A stretch of 64,000 nt of DNA from Octopus vulgaris (lineage: Eukaryota). The notes below the pieces were generated by a model, which saw only the letters and a program-made list of their open reading frames with translations, made no database searches and was not told the origin of the DNA. The position numbers and the translations under genes were made by a program. The stretch is from assembly GCA_951406725.2 (NCBI GenBank), contig OX597833.1, forward strand, positions 6,944,001 through 7,008,000, given 5' to 3'. This document shows positions 13,201 through 26,893 of the stretch, one piece after another. Numbering within the stretch: the stretch's first letter is position 1; each line of letters begins with the position of its first letter.

Positions 13201-13727
13201 TTGAAAATTTTTCTACATTGCTAGAAGCTTCCCTTATTCCTCCTTCACGTACAGACGCGCGCGTGCGACTAACTTGGCTAGCCACATATGGAATTTGAAG
13301 AGCAACTTCACAATTAAATAGGGAATAGCGGAGAAATCCAAGCCATGTGTTAATGGATTTAAGAAATGCAACTGAAGCACAACAGAATGATTTCATATTC
13401 TTCTTAGATCCAGTAATTCCAAACACACTGTTTAATTCGAGATCTGAAATTTTTAGCAGGTGTAGACACATGGACAGGTTTTTTTCTATTGAATTGGAAG
13501 GCACCATCCGTTCTGGATTGAGTTGCTGTCTCGCAGACTTAGACATATTTTCTGTTATTTTGTTCTAACCAGTTGTATTTAATGAGCTTTCTGCAATCAG
13601 AGAGGACGAGGATCGTAATCGTTTCCTTATTTTCGTTCCATATTTTACACCAACTTTCTTCACTTTTTTTGTCTTATTTTCTTACGCCCAGCGTCGTCGT
13701 TTTCAAGAATTATATTTAAGACATAAA

Positions 13728-14140
13728 CAGGAGTGGCTGTGTGATAAGTAGCTTGTTTACCAACCACATGGTTCCGGGTTCAGTTCCACTGCGTAGCACC
13801 TTAGGCAAGTGTCTTCTACTATAGCCTCGGGCTGACCAATGCCTTGTGAGTGGATTTGGTAGACGGAAACTGAAAGAAGCCCGTCGTATATATGTGTGTA
13901 TATATCTATATGTGTGTGTGTTTGTGTGTCTGTGTTTGTCCCCCTAGCATTGCTTGACAACCGATGATGGTGTGTTTATGTCCCCGACACTTAGCGGTTC
14001 GGCACAAGAGACCGATACAATAAGTACTGGGCTTACAAAAGAATAAGTCCCTGGGTCGAGTTGCTCGGTTAAAGGCGGTGCTCCAGCATAGCCGCAGTAA
14101 AATGACTGAAACAAGTAAAAGAGTAAAAGAATAAAAGAGA
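13728..14140 (+). mobile_element. SINE family A, near full length
   Basis: Colinear with 12775-13200; (GTAAAAGA)n tail. Confidence 0.9.
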
Positions 14141-14242
14141 GCCTGAGAGATTGCTTTAAGATGGCGTATTTTATAAATATGTCTGTTCGAGTTTCATAAT
14201 AGCATAAAACAACCAGTAGATATTTCGGTTATAGATTTAATT

Positions 14243-14278
<36 letters not shown>

Positions 14279-14282
14279 CTAT

Positions 14283-14466
14283 ATTTAAGAGATGAGGAAT
14301 TATGAACATTATTTACATTATTTACATTATTTACAATTGTCGGATATTTGTCCTCATCTTATTTGTTGTTAACACAAAGTTTCGGCTGATATACCCTCCA
14401 GCCTTCATCAGGTGTCCTGGGGAAATTTCGAATCTGGGTCTCATTCCTAAGGTATTTTTTCGATGT
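14283..14466 (-). mobile_element. Penelope-like terminal-repeat fragment
   Basis: The reverse complement aligns with 62850-62912, which follows a Penelope GIY-YIG C-terminus. Contains a hammerhead at 14371-14416. Confidence 0.75.
14371..14416 (-). ncRNA. Minimal type-I hammerhead ribozyme motif
   Basis: Minus strand GACAC-CTGATGA-A-GGCTG-(GAGGGTATAT)-CAGCC-GAAA-CTTT-GTGTT: stem I GACAC/GTGTT, stem II GGCTG/CAGCC, intact core boxes. The stem III palindrome probably carries a G>T change. Confidence 0.8.
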
Positions 14467-14481
14467 TATTATTATTATTAC

Positions 14482-14541
<60 letters not shown>

Positions 14542-14544
14542 CAT

Positions 14545-14587
<43 letters not shown>

Positions 14588-14618
14588 ATATCATCATCAT
14601 CATCATCATCATATGCCC

Positions 14619-14907
<289 letters not shown>

Positions 14908-15009
14908 ATGAGTAGACTACCTCGAACAAAGAAAATCTAGATAAAGATTTTATTGCGGGTATACACACACACACATACACACGCAAACACCAACACAGAA
15001 AGATATATG

Positions 15010-15057
<48 letters not shown>

Positions 15058-15464
15058 ACACGCGCACAAAGAATAATATACATGCATGCGTGTGTGTGTA
15101 TGTTTGTAAGCATACGCCTGTATATATGCTTCCATACATTCATATTTCCATATATACTTACAGACACCTATATAATGATGACAACCAATACGAAGACAGT
15201 TGGAATCCAAGACTGTACAGCCCTCTCAAATACACTCAGCCCTCGACCCCTTTCATACCCCTAACTAGCATTTCCCCGAACCGCAAGTAGTAACAAGAGG
15301 GTCCTTAAGAAACATATGAAGACGGAATGGCGCCACTTTTGGTAGACTTGAGCAATGGAAACCATGGTGACATAAGACCCGAATGGAATGAGGGAAATTG
15401 AGACCAAACAGCCATTCCTTAGAAGTCTGGAGATTTTCCATACCACCCTCGGGTACTCTCCCTA

Positions 15465-15534
<70 letters not shown>

Positions 15535-15543
15535 CATCCATCC

Positions 15544-15646
<103 letters not shown>

Positions 15647-15700
15647 CATCCATCCATCTATCTATCTATCTATCTATCTGCCTGTCTGTCTGTCTGTTTG

Positions 15701-15746
<46 letters not shown>

Positions 15747-15824
15747 CATCCATCCATCTATCTATCTATCTATCTATCTGTCTGTGTATCTATCTATCTA
15801 TCTGCCTGTCTGTCTGTCTGTTTG

Positions 15825-15856
<32 letters not shown>

Positions 15857-16543
15857 CCTCTCTATCCATCCATCCCTCCAACAATCCATCTGTCTATATA
15901 TCCACTTGTCCACCCGATCATCCATCCCTCCATCCCTCCATCTACCATCTATCTACCTCTATATCTATCTCTTATACCTTTGTATCTTTTACACGCTTCC
16001 TTTCTTTCTCTCCATTTCTACCTTTCTCTCTTCTCCCTTTTTCACACTCTCTCTCCCCCTCTCTCTCTTTCTCTCTCATCAAGGATAGACTTACGTTAAT
16101 GGAATTATTCCTGGTTCTACCGTTTCCATAGCTCCAATCCTTCCAGACTCAGCCACCCTTGGTGCTGAACGGGTGATTGACGGCGGCTGGCACTAATGTT
16201 ACTAGAATTTATTAATTAATTTTTGTTATTCATTTATACATTTATTTATTTATTTATTTATTTAAGTTTTTCCTTGCAAAAGTGGATTAGTATTAAGTTC
16301 CAATCACAATCACACCCCAATCGGCTTAGCTTTCCGTACTTCCACGGGCGAAAAAAAACTAAGTACCAGTCATCCACTGGGGTCGAAGTACTCGACCTTA
16401 CCATAGCCATCAGCCGAAACGTATGTCCATGAAACACTGTGAGAAAATTACAACTCAATGTTGTAATACAAAATATATACCAGCTATATATTGCGGTCAA
16501 CTCGAATAATCTATCTAGCAAGGAAGGTTTCTATCTGTTTATT

Positions 16544-16611
<68 letters not shown>

Positions 16612-16620
16612 TATGTATAG

Positions 16621-17028
16621 TTTAGTTTAGTTTAGTTAGTTTAGTTAAGTTAAGTTAATTTTTTGGCTCAAAAAGCAAAAGGCAAGGCCATGTAGAGGGA
16701 CATGGAGTTAAGTACAGGGTGGTGTTCATGTAAAGAGTTCAGGCCACTTGTGGTCAAGGGAGACTTTGAACCGAGCGGTCGTCGGCATCTTCACCATCTC
16801 GTCTGGCAGCTTATTCCACGGATCTGCAACCCGGACGGAGAAAGCCCCTCTCCTTCGATTGAGATGAAATCGTCACAGATAGAGCTTTTCGGAGTGACCC
16901 CGCAGTCGACGCTCTGGAGCAGGAGTGAAGAACAGCTCTTTCGAGAGGTTACACTTTCCGCTTATGATGTTGTGAGCGAGAATGAGATCACCACGGCGTC
17001 GTCGTTTTTCTCGAGAATAAAGGTCGAG
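16621..17028 (-). mobile_element. 5'-truncated CR1-clade LINE 3' end (second family)
   Basis: Minus translation LDLYSREKRRRRGDLILAHNII..RRLRGHSEKLYL*RFHLNRRRGAFSVRVADPWNKLPDEMV..RFKVSLD..*, followed by a (TAAAC/TTAAC)n tail. Confidence 0.9.
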
Positions 17029-18426
17029 CGTCGAGTGTATGTTTCAGGGACGTGCCGCCAACCCACCCAACCAGTGAAGCTGATCGTTTTCCCTTCATTT
17101 CAAACACTTCCCTCTCTTACTTCCAAACATTTCAATTAATTTAGAAAAATTCCTTTAAATTATCTCCCCTTGTCCCCCATGTGTCGCTAAATGAAAATGA
17201 AAATTTCTCCTTCCTTCCCACATAAACTTGCTACCGTTCACCAATCCATGACGTAATTATCTAAATTTATGTCATTTTTGCATTTGAGTTGTTTCCCTTT
17301 GCTTATTTCCCTTATTTTATTATTATTTTATTTTTTAGCTGCGTGCAACTCATTTAAGGTGTTGTGGGTCCTGGGTAGGGAGCTCCTAATTATGTATGAA
17401 ATACCCCCGAGAAGGATGTTTAGCGGCATCAGTGAGGGGGCCGCGTTTTGCAACCCCCGTCAGTTAAGGTTCATTCTGTCTTAATGGAAGGATCAAAAGA
17501 CTTGGTTTTGTTTGGAATGAAAAGGGGAAGCGACACACAGACACACACACACACACACACACACTCACACACACACACACATACACACATACACACACAC
17601 ACATACATACACACATACACACACACACATACACACACACGCACATACACACACATACACACACACACACACACATACATTTAAAGATGCAATAGCATGC
17701 AGCACTGTCACTCACGCACACACATAGACTTCAGGCACACATACACACACACATACACGCACACATTCAAGCATATATGCACACGTACACACACACATGC
17801 GCATCACAGATTTACACACGCACGATACTAAGCACACACACACACACACGTACACTATACTATACATACACACGCACACGTACGCACAATACACTCACAT
17901 ACTTACACACACATACATTCCACAATCCTGCTTGCACAAACACTAATATACACAGACTCACACGTACGCATTCACACCATAAACGCACTCATAAATAGAC
18001 AACGCACACATACACACACACACACCTAGACACTCACTCACACACACATGCACACACTCACACATACACATACAATCGTAGACACATTCTCATTCTCGAC
18101 CTCCACCACCACCGCCGCGACCACCACCCCAAAAGCAAGAGAACCAGTGGCACTCAAGAACATTGCTTCAGACTGCGAGAAACAGCAGCTAAATCTCACT
18201 CATAAAAGCCATAAAAACAAAATGGATACATTGGATATTATGGAAATGGACAGGTTTTTTGTCTGAAGATGAGAGGACAGTTGCGGACTCCTGTTCCTGC
18301 CTCAATAGCCGTCATCAGCGTGAGAGTATTCACACCTACGGACACACACACACACACACACTCTCTCTCTCTCTCACGCACACACTCAAACACACACACA
18401 CACACACTCTCTCTCTCTTACTCACA

Positions 18427-18506
<80 letters not shown>

Positions 18507-18746
18507 AGTGGCGAAGGCAGTATTTTATAATCACGGATAACGTCATCAAAGGCTTATGTTATCAAAGTGCATGGATAACTCATGATTAAAATCAATTAAG
18601 AATTATCCGCTTATTAGCATCAAAGATCTAGATATCGTTGTATTCTCTGCTTTCTATTAGAGAAATTATTATTTCCTCCCGTACCAATCATAAACGGCCC
18701 CTCTCTCCCTCTCTCCCTCTCTCTCTCTTTCTCCCTCTCCCTCTTT

Positions 18747-18778
<32 letters not shown>

Positions 18779-19390
18779 CTCTCTCTCTGTTTCTATAACA
18801 TTGTAGAATGCTGATTCTATAAACATGAAAAATCTGAATCCAAACAGTTCTAACAAACAACAAAAGCATCCAAGAATTTAAAGAAGCGAAGAACTGCAAA
18901 AGTAAGAACGCTTTTTGACATATCTGGGTCTGGTGCCATACACGAACGATTCTTTGGAAAGTAGTGACGTCGGCCGTCTTTACACAGACAGCGAGTATGA
19001 GGCCTTCTGAAGAATTAGATCTGGGTCACATGCGAGATGCTTTTAACAGGCAGTAATTAAACGGTTCTTCATAGGGTGTAGAACTGTAAAGCTGTGGAAT
19101 GGGGAGCAGCAAAACTTACCGTTCTTTGACTCTTATTTATTTGTTTGGTTATTTATATATTTTTGAGGCATTCTAACGATTGCCATACTGGAGCAGCAGG
19201 TTTGTAATCGTTGAAATGTGGATCGCCTTAGCACCGTCATGGCTCTCTTTGAGTCGGCGGCAATGTACGGTAAAATTCTGAGCGTGCGCATGTATATATG
19301 TGTTTGTTTGTGTGTGTATACATTCACCCACCCCCACCCACCCACACACACACACACATATATATATATATACTCATATGTCTATATACT

Positions 19391-19492
<102 letters not shown>

Positions 19493-19653
19493 TATACTTA
19501 TATATATATATGCATATATACATATATATACATGTGTATATGTATATATACATATATACATGTATATATATATATATATACACACACATATATACATATA
19601 TATGTTTGTGTGCGTGCATATATATATGTATATATATATATATATATACATAC

Positions 19654-19685
<32 letters not shown>

Positions 19686-19767
19686 GCACACACACATTAT
19701 ACATTTATACACATATATATGTATGTAGATATGTGTATATACAAACATACATACACTCACACAGCTA

Positions 19768-19810
<43 letters not shown>

Positions 19811-19927
19811 CTATCTCTATAGACGCAGTATAAATAACATAAACACACATACGCATACATACATATATATATGTACGTATACATACATACATACATACAT
19901 ACATACATACATACATACATACATGTG

Positions 19928-20362
19928 TAGAAAATTCTTTAATTCTCCAACTAGTTTCAGCCGGATTGCTGCGGCAATGCTGGGGCACCGCCATTACCTT
20001 TCTACACCTTCCCTACTGAAAACCTCCACCGAGAGAGTTTCATGCTGCTGACCTCATCTGCCTTTCCCGCCGCGAGGTAAACCTCATCCAGAATCCTTGA
20101 CTGGAGGAGATTCAGTTTTGTTTTCAAGACACTTACCTCCACTTTATGTAGATCCCTCAGACCTTTTGGGAGGATACTGAGGAGCTGTGGGCCCTCTGAA
20201 ACCCAAGATGTTGTAGAATCTGGCCCTGTATCTTGATGGTGATGCGGTGATCTTTGACACTAAGCAGTGGCACTCAGTTCTGGTGTTTGTGTAACTTTTA
20301 ATGCCAAAGTTTGGTTCAACTCCTTCCAGGATTTTCCAGATGTATATCACTGCACCTCTTTC
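19928..20362 (-). mobile_element. CR1-like LINE 3' fragment related to 1952-2824
   Basis: Minus translation AVIYIWKILEGVEPNFGIKSYTNTR..LGFRGP; tail GGCGGTGCCCCAGCATTGCCGCAGCAATCCGGCTGAAAC. Confidence 0.85.
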
Positions 20363-20427
20363 CCACCTTCGTCCTAGGATGCTGAGTGTTAGCTTTGTCA
20401 GTCTCTCACAGCAGCTGACATGTAGTA

Positions 20428-20939
<512 letters not shown>

Positions 20940-21321
20940 TATGTCTCTCATGTTTTCCAACAGATGGAAATCAACTTGATTAATGATCAAAGTTTGGGTC
21001 CCTGGACTCTTCTATGCCCTGGCCCCTTTCCGTTCCCTGATCCAATCTCCCCCTTTAACCAACGAAAACAATGAATATCTCACTAAAAACAGAATAGTCC
21101 ATTTTTTTAATTTTATATTTATTTTTCTAACTGTTTCTTAATTAGCCGTCTTTGAGTTGTTTATATTGATTGCGTTGTTGTTCTTGCTGTTGTTGTTGTT
21201 GTTGTTGTGTAAGTTGTAATTAGATAATTAAAGCACCTAATTACATTTAACACCCGACCAAATTGAAAAGTAAGAACAACATACACACAAACACACACAC
21301 ATGTATATGTATATATGGGTG

Positions 21322-21393
<72 letters not shown>

Positions 21394-21529
21394 AATAGAG
21401 AGAGACAGAGAATGATATATAATGTATATATATATATACACACATACATATATACATGAGTGCATATATGCGTATGTGTGTATGTGTGTAAGTCTATATA
21501 CATATATACAAAAAATGCGAGTGTGTGTA

Positions 21530-21570
<41 letters not shown>

Positions 21571-22086
21571 TCAAGCATACATGCATACATGCATAGATTA
21601 TGTATATATTATGTATTATATATTATTCATGCATATATAAACAACTACAAGAAAAACAAACGAAAAACAACAGGAATAAAAGCCACTTAATACCTCTCGG
21701 TACTAATTGTTTTTTGACTGAAAAGCGTCGACGTGTTTATCAAACCTTAATTCAAAACGTATCAACATCGGACATAACTCCCAAATTGACACAGGGGTGT
21801 AGTAAGGGTACTTTCGGGTAGGTATGGAGGGGGTGTAACAAGTGGAATTTTGGCGTGGAACCAAGGAAAAGAGGAGAGGAAATCCTACTGCGATGGATAG
21901 GGAAAAAAATTGAAGACTTGTATGGTGGAATCAACCGGAATTTTCCTGACATCTGAACTCCACTAACCTGTTTTATACTTTCTTTTAAATTCTGTTAGTG
22001 TTCCTATTTGAAACGTCTCCCATTCAACAGCCTTTTATTATTATCATTATTTATATATTTATTTATTTATTTATTTATTATTATTA

Positions 22087-22120
<34 letters not shown>

Positions 22121-22193
22121 CATTTTTTTCTTCTTCTTTCAAAGTTTGCTTCCATTTCTTGCTGAGTGTCTTCCCGACTCCTAGGGCAAAGAA

Positions 22194-22247
<54 letters not shown>

Positions 22248-22250
22248 GAC

Positions 22251-22465
22251 AAGGCTGCGAGGCTGGCTGAATCGTTAGCACGACATGCAAAATTCTTAGC
22301 GGCATCTCGTCTGCGTTTATGTTTTGAGTTCAAATTCCGCCAAGGTTGACTTTGCCTTTCATCCTTTCAGGGTCGATAAAATAAAGTACCACTCACATAC
22401 TGCAGTGGGTGTGACCGACTAAGCCCTTTCTCCCGATAACAGCAGGCCTTGTAACAAAATTTCTT
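22251..22465 (+). mobile_element. SINE family C (MetaSINE-like), diverged
   Basis: GGCTGGCTGAATCGTTAGCA..GAGTTCAAATTCCGCC..GCCTTTCATCCTTTCAGGGTCGATAAAATAAAGTACC. Confidence 0.75.
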
Positions 22466-22579
22466 TCGGGGTTGATATTATAATCAACAGTTGAGTACTG
22501 GGCCCGATCTGATCGTCTACCCACCCTCCACCGAAAGAATTAAAGCGCCTGTAGAAGAAAGGTTTATTGTTGTTGTTAT

Positions 22580-23112
22580 TGTTTTACTTCTCAGAGCTTT
22601 CCTTCTTGCTCTGGTTGATTCCGTGAGAGCGGACAACAACCTGTTGCCAGAGGTTTCTCAGGGTCTCTCAACACAAAATATAAGCTTTGATAGTTGCATG
22701 TTTAATTTATCGTGAAAGACATTCAACACTCAAGCATCAACCTCAAAATCTTAGCCGTCCCCAAAATCCTAGCAGTTTTGGGGGCCCGTTCTGCCTTCAT
22801 GTCAACTCCAATTTCTCCGACATATTTCTCAAACCTGGTGGTTGATACTCCGAGTACCCCTACAGCTACGGGGATAACAGTTACTCTCCTCATCTAGTAG
22901 ACTGTATTTCTCCATCTTTCCCAGCTCTTCGTCATTTGCGCATGCGCCCCCAGTTATTACAATATCTATGGTCTTGGGTTCCTTCTTTCTTTTATCCAGA
23001 TAATGTCTGGTTTCTAAGCATCGATTACGGAGTCAGAGGATCTTATATTCATTGTTCTCAGCGACACCTTCTGGCTCATGTTTGTGCCATTTCCGTGCTC
23101 TGTCCAGACCGT
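22580..23112 (-). mobile_element. Decayed R4/Dong-like non-LTR retrotransposon 3' end (restriction-like endonuclease region)
   Basis: Minus translation across frameshifts: KWHKHEPEGVAENNEYKIL..KPDII..KMEKY..PVAVGVLGV..EIG..ILGTAKILRLMLEC*, the typical R4/Dong C-terminus. Confidence 0.7.
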
Positions 23113-23117
23113 TGTTG

Positions 23118-23328
23118 ACCAGCTGGCAGAATCGTTAGTACGCCGGGCAAAAGGCTTAGCGGCATTTCACCCGTCGCTACGTTCTGAGTTCAAATTCCAC
23201 CGAGGTCAAATTTTCTTTTCCATCCTTTCGGGGTCGATAAATTAACTACCAGTTAAATACTGGGGTTGATGTAATCCACTAGTCCCCTCCCCGCAAATTT
23301 CACGCCTTGTCCCTTAAATAGAAAGGCT
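23118..23328 (+). mobile_element. SINE family C (MetaSINE-like)
   Basis: AGCTGGCAGAATCGTTAG..GAGTTCAAATTCC..CATCCTTTCGGGGTCGATAAATTAACTACCAG; followed by (TTA)n. Confidence 0.8.
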
Positions 23329-23329
23329 A

Positions 23330-23392
<63 letters not shown>

Positions 23393-23394
<2 letters not shown>

Positions 23395-23750
23395 TGAGCT
23401 CCCCTGATATTTGGCGAGCTTCTTCTCATGAACTTCCTCCATATATTTTTCGAGGGCACAATCAGATTACACATGATCACCGACAGTTTAAGAAGATTTG
23501 GGAAGATAACATACGTCTGGGCTTAATATATTTGGTAGGGATGTGATCTGGTCACTTAAACGGCTCAGCGAGACCCAAACTCAGCGGCCAGACTGGAGCT
23601 GAGGAAACTAAGAAGCAGAATCGTTGGTGTTTCAGTGAACAGATTTTTCTCTTTGGTTTTGAGAAAAGTGTTAGATTGGTATTTACCGAGTTTGCAACTG
23701 GTAGAAGTAGGGGACTGATTAACTGTAGCCTTATTTTTGCATTTATCACT
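23393..23750 (-). mobile_element. Decayed HERO/R2-superfamily endonuclease fragment
   Basis: Minus translation across frameshifts: SSAPVWPLSLGLAEPFK*PDHI..LSPDV..VIMCNLIVPS..YMEEVHEKKLAKYQ, resembling the RPD..ELTVPWEE.MEEAHERK.AKY motif. Confidence 0.5.
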
Positions 23751-23752
23751 TA

Positions 23753-24154
23753 CTAGCAGTATAGCCCGGCGTTGCTCGGGTTTGTTTTCTTTTCGACCAT
23801 TTAGAATTGGAATTTTTGAAAAGTAAAAATTTTGCATTATGTAGCTTGTTATTCTCTTTAAGTGAACATTTTTATGGTTGAAATACACCGAAAAATGGCG
23901 ACACAGCAGTAAAAAACTCGTAAAAAATAGGGATTTTCATAGAAAAAAATGCACCCTTTTGATGTAAATAATTTTTGATGTCAACATGGTCCGATTTGAA
24001 TTTTTTCTTCTACGGAATGAAGAGCAAGCCTTCTTCTATCATACTCTCAATTTTGGTCAACTTGCGCCGCAGAGTCTCGGAGGAAATAGTGTTAGTTGAA
24101 GGCTACCAAACCTGCCATACACTGAAGACAACTTCAGCTTTATATACAGAGAGA
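23753..24154 (-). mobile_element. Non-autonomous Helitron (402 bp)
   Basis: Minus strand starts A|TC (TCTCTCTGTATATAAAG) and ends CCCGAGCAACGCCGGG-CTATACTG-CTAG|T: 5' TC, subterminal hairpin, 3' CTAG, AT insertion site. Second copy at 41005-41488. Confidence 0.9.
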
Positions 24155-24490
24155 TTAAGGATTAATCCAATTGCGACTATAACAGCAGTTCTCAAACGCG
24201 GCAGCCAGGGCCTCATGTGGTCCTCGATAGTCTTTCCTCTATAAATATAATAATTTTCTCTTTAATTAACTTATTTTTAACATTTTTTGATGGGTCACCT
24301 TAAAAAAATATCCAGGGTTTGGATCTGACTCGAAAGTTTGATAACCATCGATCTATTATATTCCTTCCTAATCTTTTTCTTCATTTCTGTGTTTTGTAAA
24401 CAAACTCATTGGTTTATTGATTCCACCGCCAAAACCACAAAATTACCAGCATCCCTATTTTCACAGCCACCGCCAACACAACCATCATAT

Positions 24491-25272
24491 TATTTCTTTA
24501 TTGCCCACAAGGGGCTAAACACAGAGCGGACAAACAAGGACAGACAATGTGATTAAGTCGGTTACATCAACCCCAGTGCGTAACTGGTACTTATTTAATC
24601 GACCCCGAAAGGATGAAAGGCAAAGTCGACCTCGGCGGAATTTGAACTCAGAACGTAACGGCAGACGAAATACCTATTTCTTTACTACCCACAAGGGGCT
24701 AAACACAGAGAGGACAAACAAGAACAGACAAACGGATTAAGTCGATAATATCGACCCCAGTGCGTAGCTGGTACTTATTTAATCGACCCCGAAAGGATGA
24801 AAGGCAAAGTCGACCTCGGCGGAATTTGAACTCAGAACGTAACGGCAGACGAAATACCTATTTCTTTACTACCCACAAGGGGCTAAACACAGAGAGGACA
24901 AACAAGAACAGACAAACGGATTAAGTCGATTATATCGACCCCAGTGCGTAGCTGGTACTTATTTAATCGACCCCGAAAGGATGAAAGGCAAAGTCGACCT
25001 CGGCGGAATTTGAACTCAGAACGTAACGGCAGACGAAATACTTATTTCTTTACTACCCACAAGGGGCTAAACACAGAGAGGACAAACAAGAACAGACAAA
25101 CGGATTAAGTCGATAATATCGACCCCAGTGCGTAACTGGTACTTATTTAATCGACCCCGAAAGGATGAAAGGCAAAGTGGACCTCGGTGGAATTTGAACT
25201 CAGAACGTAACGGCAGACGAAATACCGCCAAGCATTTCGCCCAACGTGCTAACGTTTCTGCCAGCTCGCCGC
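24491..25272 (-). repeat. Tandem array of four 184-bp SINE-C bodies with a single complete head
   Basis: Units start at 24491, 24675, 24859 and 25043 (TATTTCTTTA..). Only the rightmost unit extends into the 5' part of the head (..CCAGCTCGCC, about 25270). Confidence 0.92.
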
Positions 25273-25520
25273 TAACCATCATCTACAATATGATCTTTAA
25301 CTTGATTGGACAGGAGAAAGAGAGAGAGCGCGTGCAGTAGTAGCCATAGCAACGCTGCACATTGAACCAGATACTGCCTACCACCATCTCACACAGCGAA
25401 CAATGTGGTCCTCAACTTATAACAATAGACCTGTCGACTGAATCAAGTTCTTCCGACAGCTTACATGCCATATATCACCCCTCCTTAAAAACGACCCGGG
25501 ACCTTCACAACAATAATGAC

Positions 25521-25925
25521 GATTGGCATCAAGAGTTACACAAATGCTAGAACTGGGCGCCACTGCGTGGTGCCAAGGACTCCAAATTTGCCATCAAGAT
25601 GTAGGACAAGATACTGTGATAGCCTGGGCTTCAGAGGCCCACAGCTCTTCAATATCCTCCCGAAGAACCTAAGAGACCTGCATGGGGTGGATGCAGGTGT
25701 CTTTAAAATGAAACTGGATCTCTTCCTGTCAGGTATCCCAGATGAACCAACTTCACGGCAGGAGGTGCAGATGAGGGCAGCTGCATCGAACTCTCTTGTG
25801 CACCAAATGGCAATTGCTAAAAAGCATTCGTGAAGTAAAATTATGTAGCAACACCAAATGGCGGTGCCCCAGCATAGCCACAGCTCGTGAGCTGAAACTA
25901 GATAAAATAAAAATAAAATAAAAAA
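25521..25925 (+). mobile_element. CR1-like LINE 3' fragment (tail type C)
   Basis: GIKSYTNARTGRHCVVPR..YCDSLGFRGPQLFNILPKNLRDLHGVD..FKMKLDLFL..AAASNSL; (ATAAA)n tail. Confidence 0.9.
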
Positions 25926-26229
25926 TATATAAATGTTGTTAAGGACGACTACGATGACAATTTTTAGTCTGGAGAAAACTAAAATGTCACGCTGGAAATG
26001 GCACAGACTGTAGGATGTTTGAATAAATTAAGATTTAGAATCTTTGGTTTGGTGTCATGAGTCTTTCCTGCATCCGTCGACTTGTGAAAAAAAAACTTAA
26101 AGACATCAGTCTCGCCGGGTCTCGAAGGACCTAAGAAAAGCCGTAGGCACAGCTCCTTCCTCCACACCAAACCAATACAAACATACATGCACATACACAG
26201 ACACACAGACACACACACACACACACACA

Positions 26230-26275
<46 letters not shown>

Positions 26276-26399
26276 AACACACGCACACAGAAACTGGCTG
26301 ATAACAGCGCAAACAAGATAGTGTGTTCAGATTTCCTAACACCAGAGTAAAGAAAAAAGATAAGAAAGGTATGTATGATACGATATAGTTTCTAGTGAC

Positions 26400-26435
<36 letters not shown>

Positions 26436-26664
26436 GTGTGTGTGTATATATACATTGTGTGTGTGTGAATAAGCGTGGTGGTGGACGAGAAAGAACTAAA
26501 TTGAATATCACATTTTTGAATATTTTCACGATAAACATTTTGATATAATTTCGAGATAAGAGAAAACCTTATTTTCCAGAAATCTTGTGGAATGGTGGAA
26601 ACGTATTTCATTATAGTCTTCGTTCGTTTTTATCTTCTAAGTACAAAACACACCACAGTTGACG

Positions 26665-26726
<62 letters not shown>

Positions 26727-26841
26727 CATTATTAGCCGGGATGTGAGTTGTTAAAATAATAAAGATATTAGGTGATTGAGTTTATTCATCGACCGCTTAA
26801 ACAAGGAGAGAAAATATGTGTAGTTGCTACCGATCTATCAT

Positions 26842-26889
<48 letters not shown>

Positions 26890-26893
<4 letters not shown>

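Noticed and set aside
13130-13546. 138-aa minus ORF (MSKSARQQ..)
   Set aside because: No recognisable motif, and its end runs into a SINE. At most part of a non-coding exon.
18070-18325. Unique island with short ORFs (MDTLDIMEMDR..)
   Set aside because: No consistent acceptor/donor pair and no recognisable peptide in any frame.
24491-25272. CRISPR-like periodicity (also 31358-31700 and 58427-59589)
   Set aside because: The units repeat over their whole length with no unique spacers, there are no cas genes, and the context is eukaryotic.
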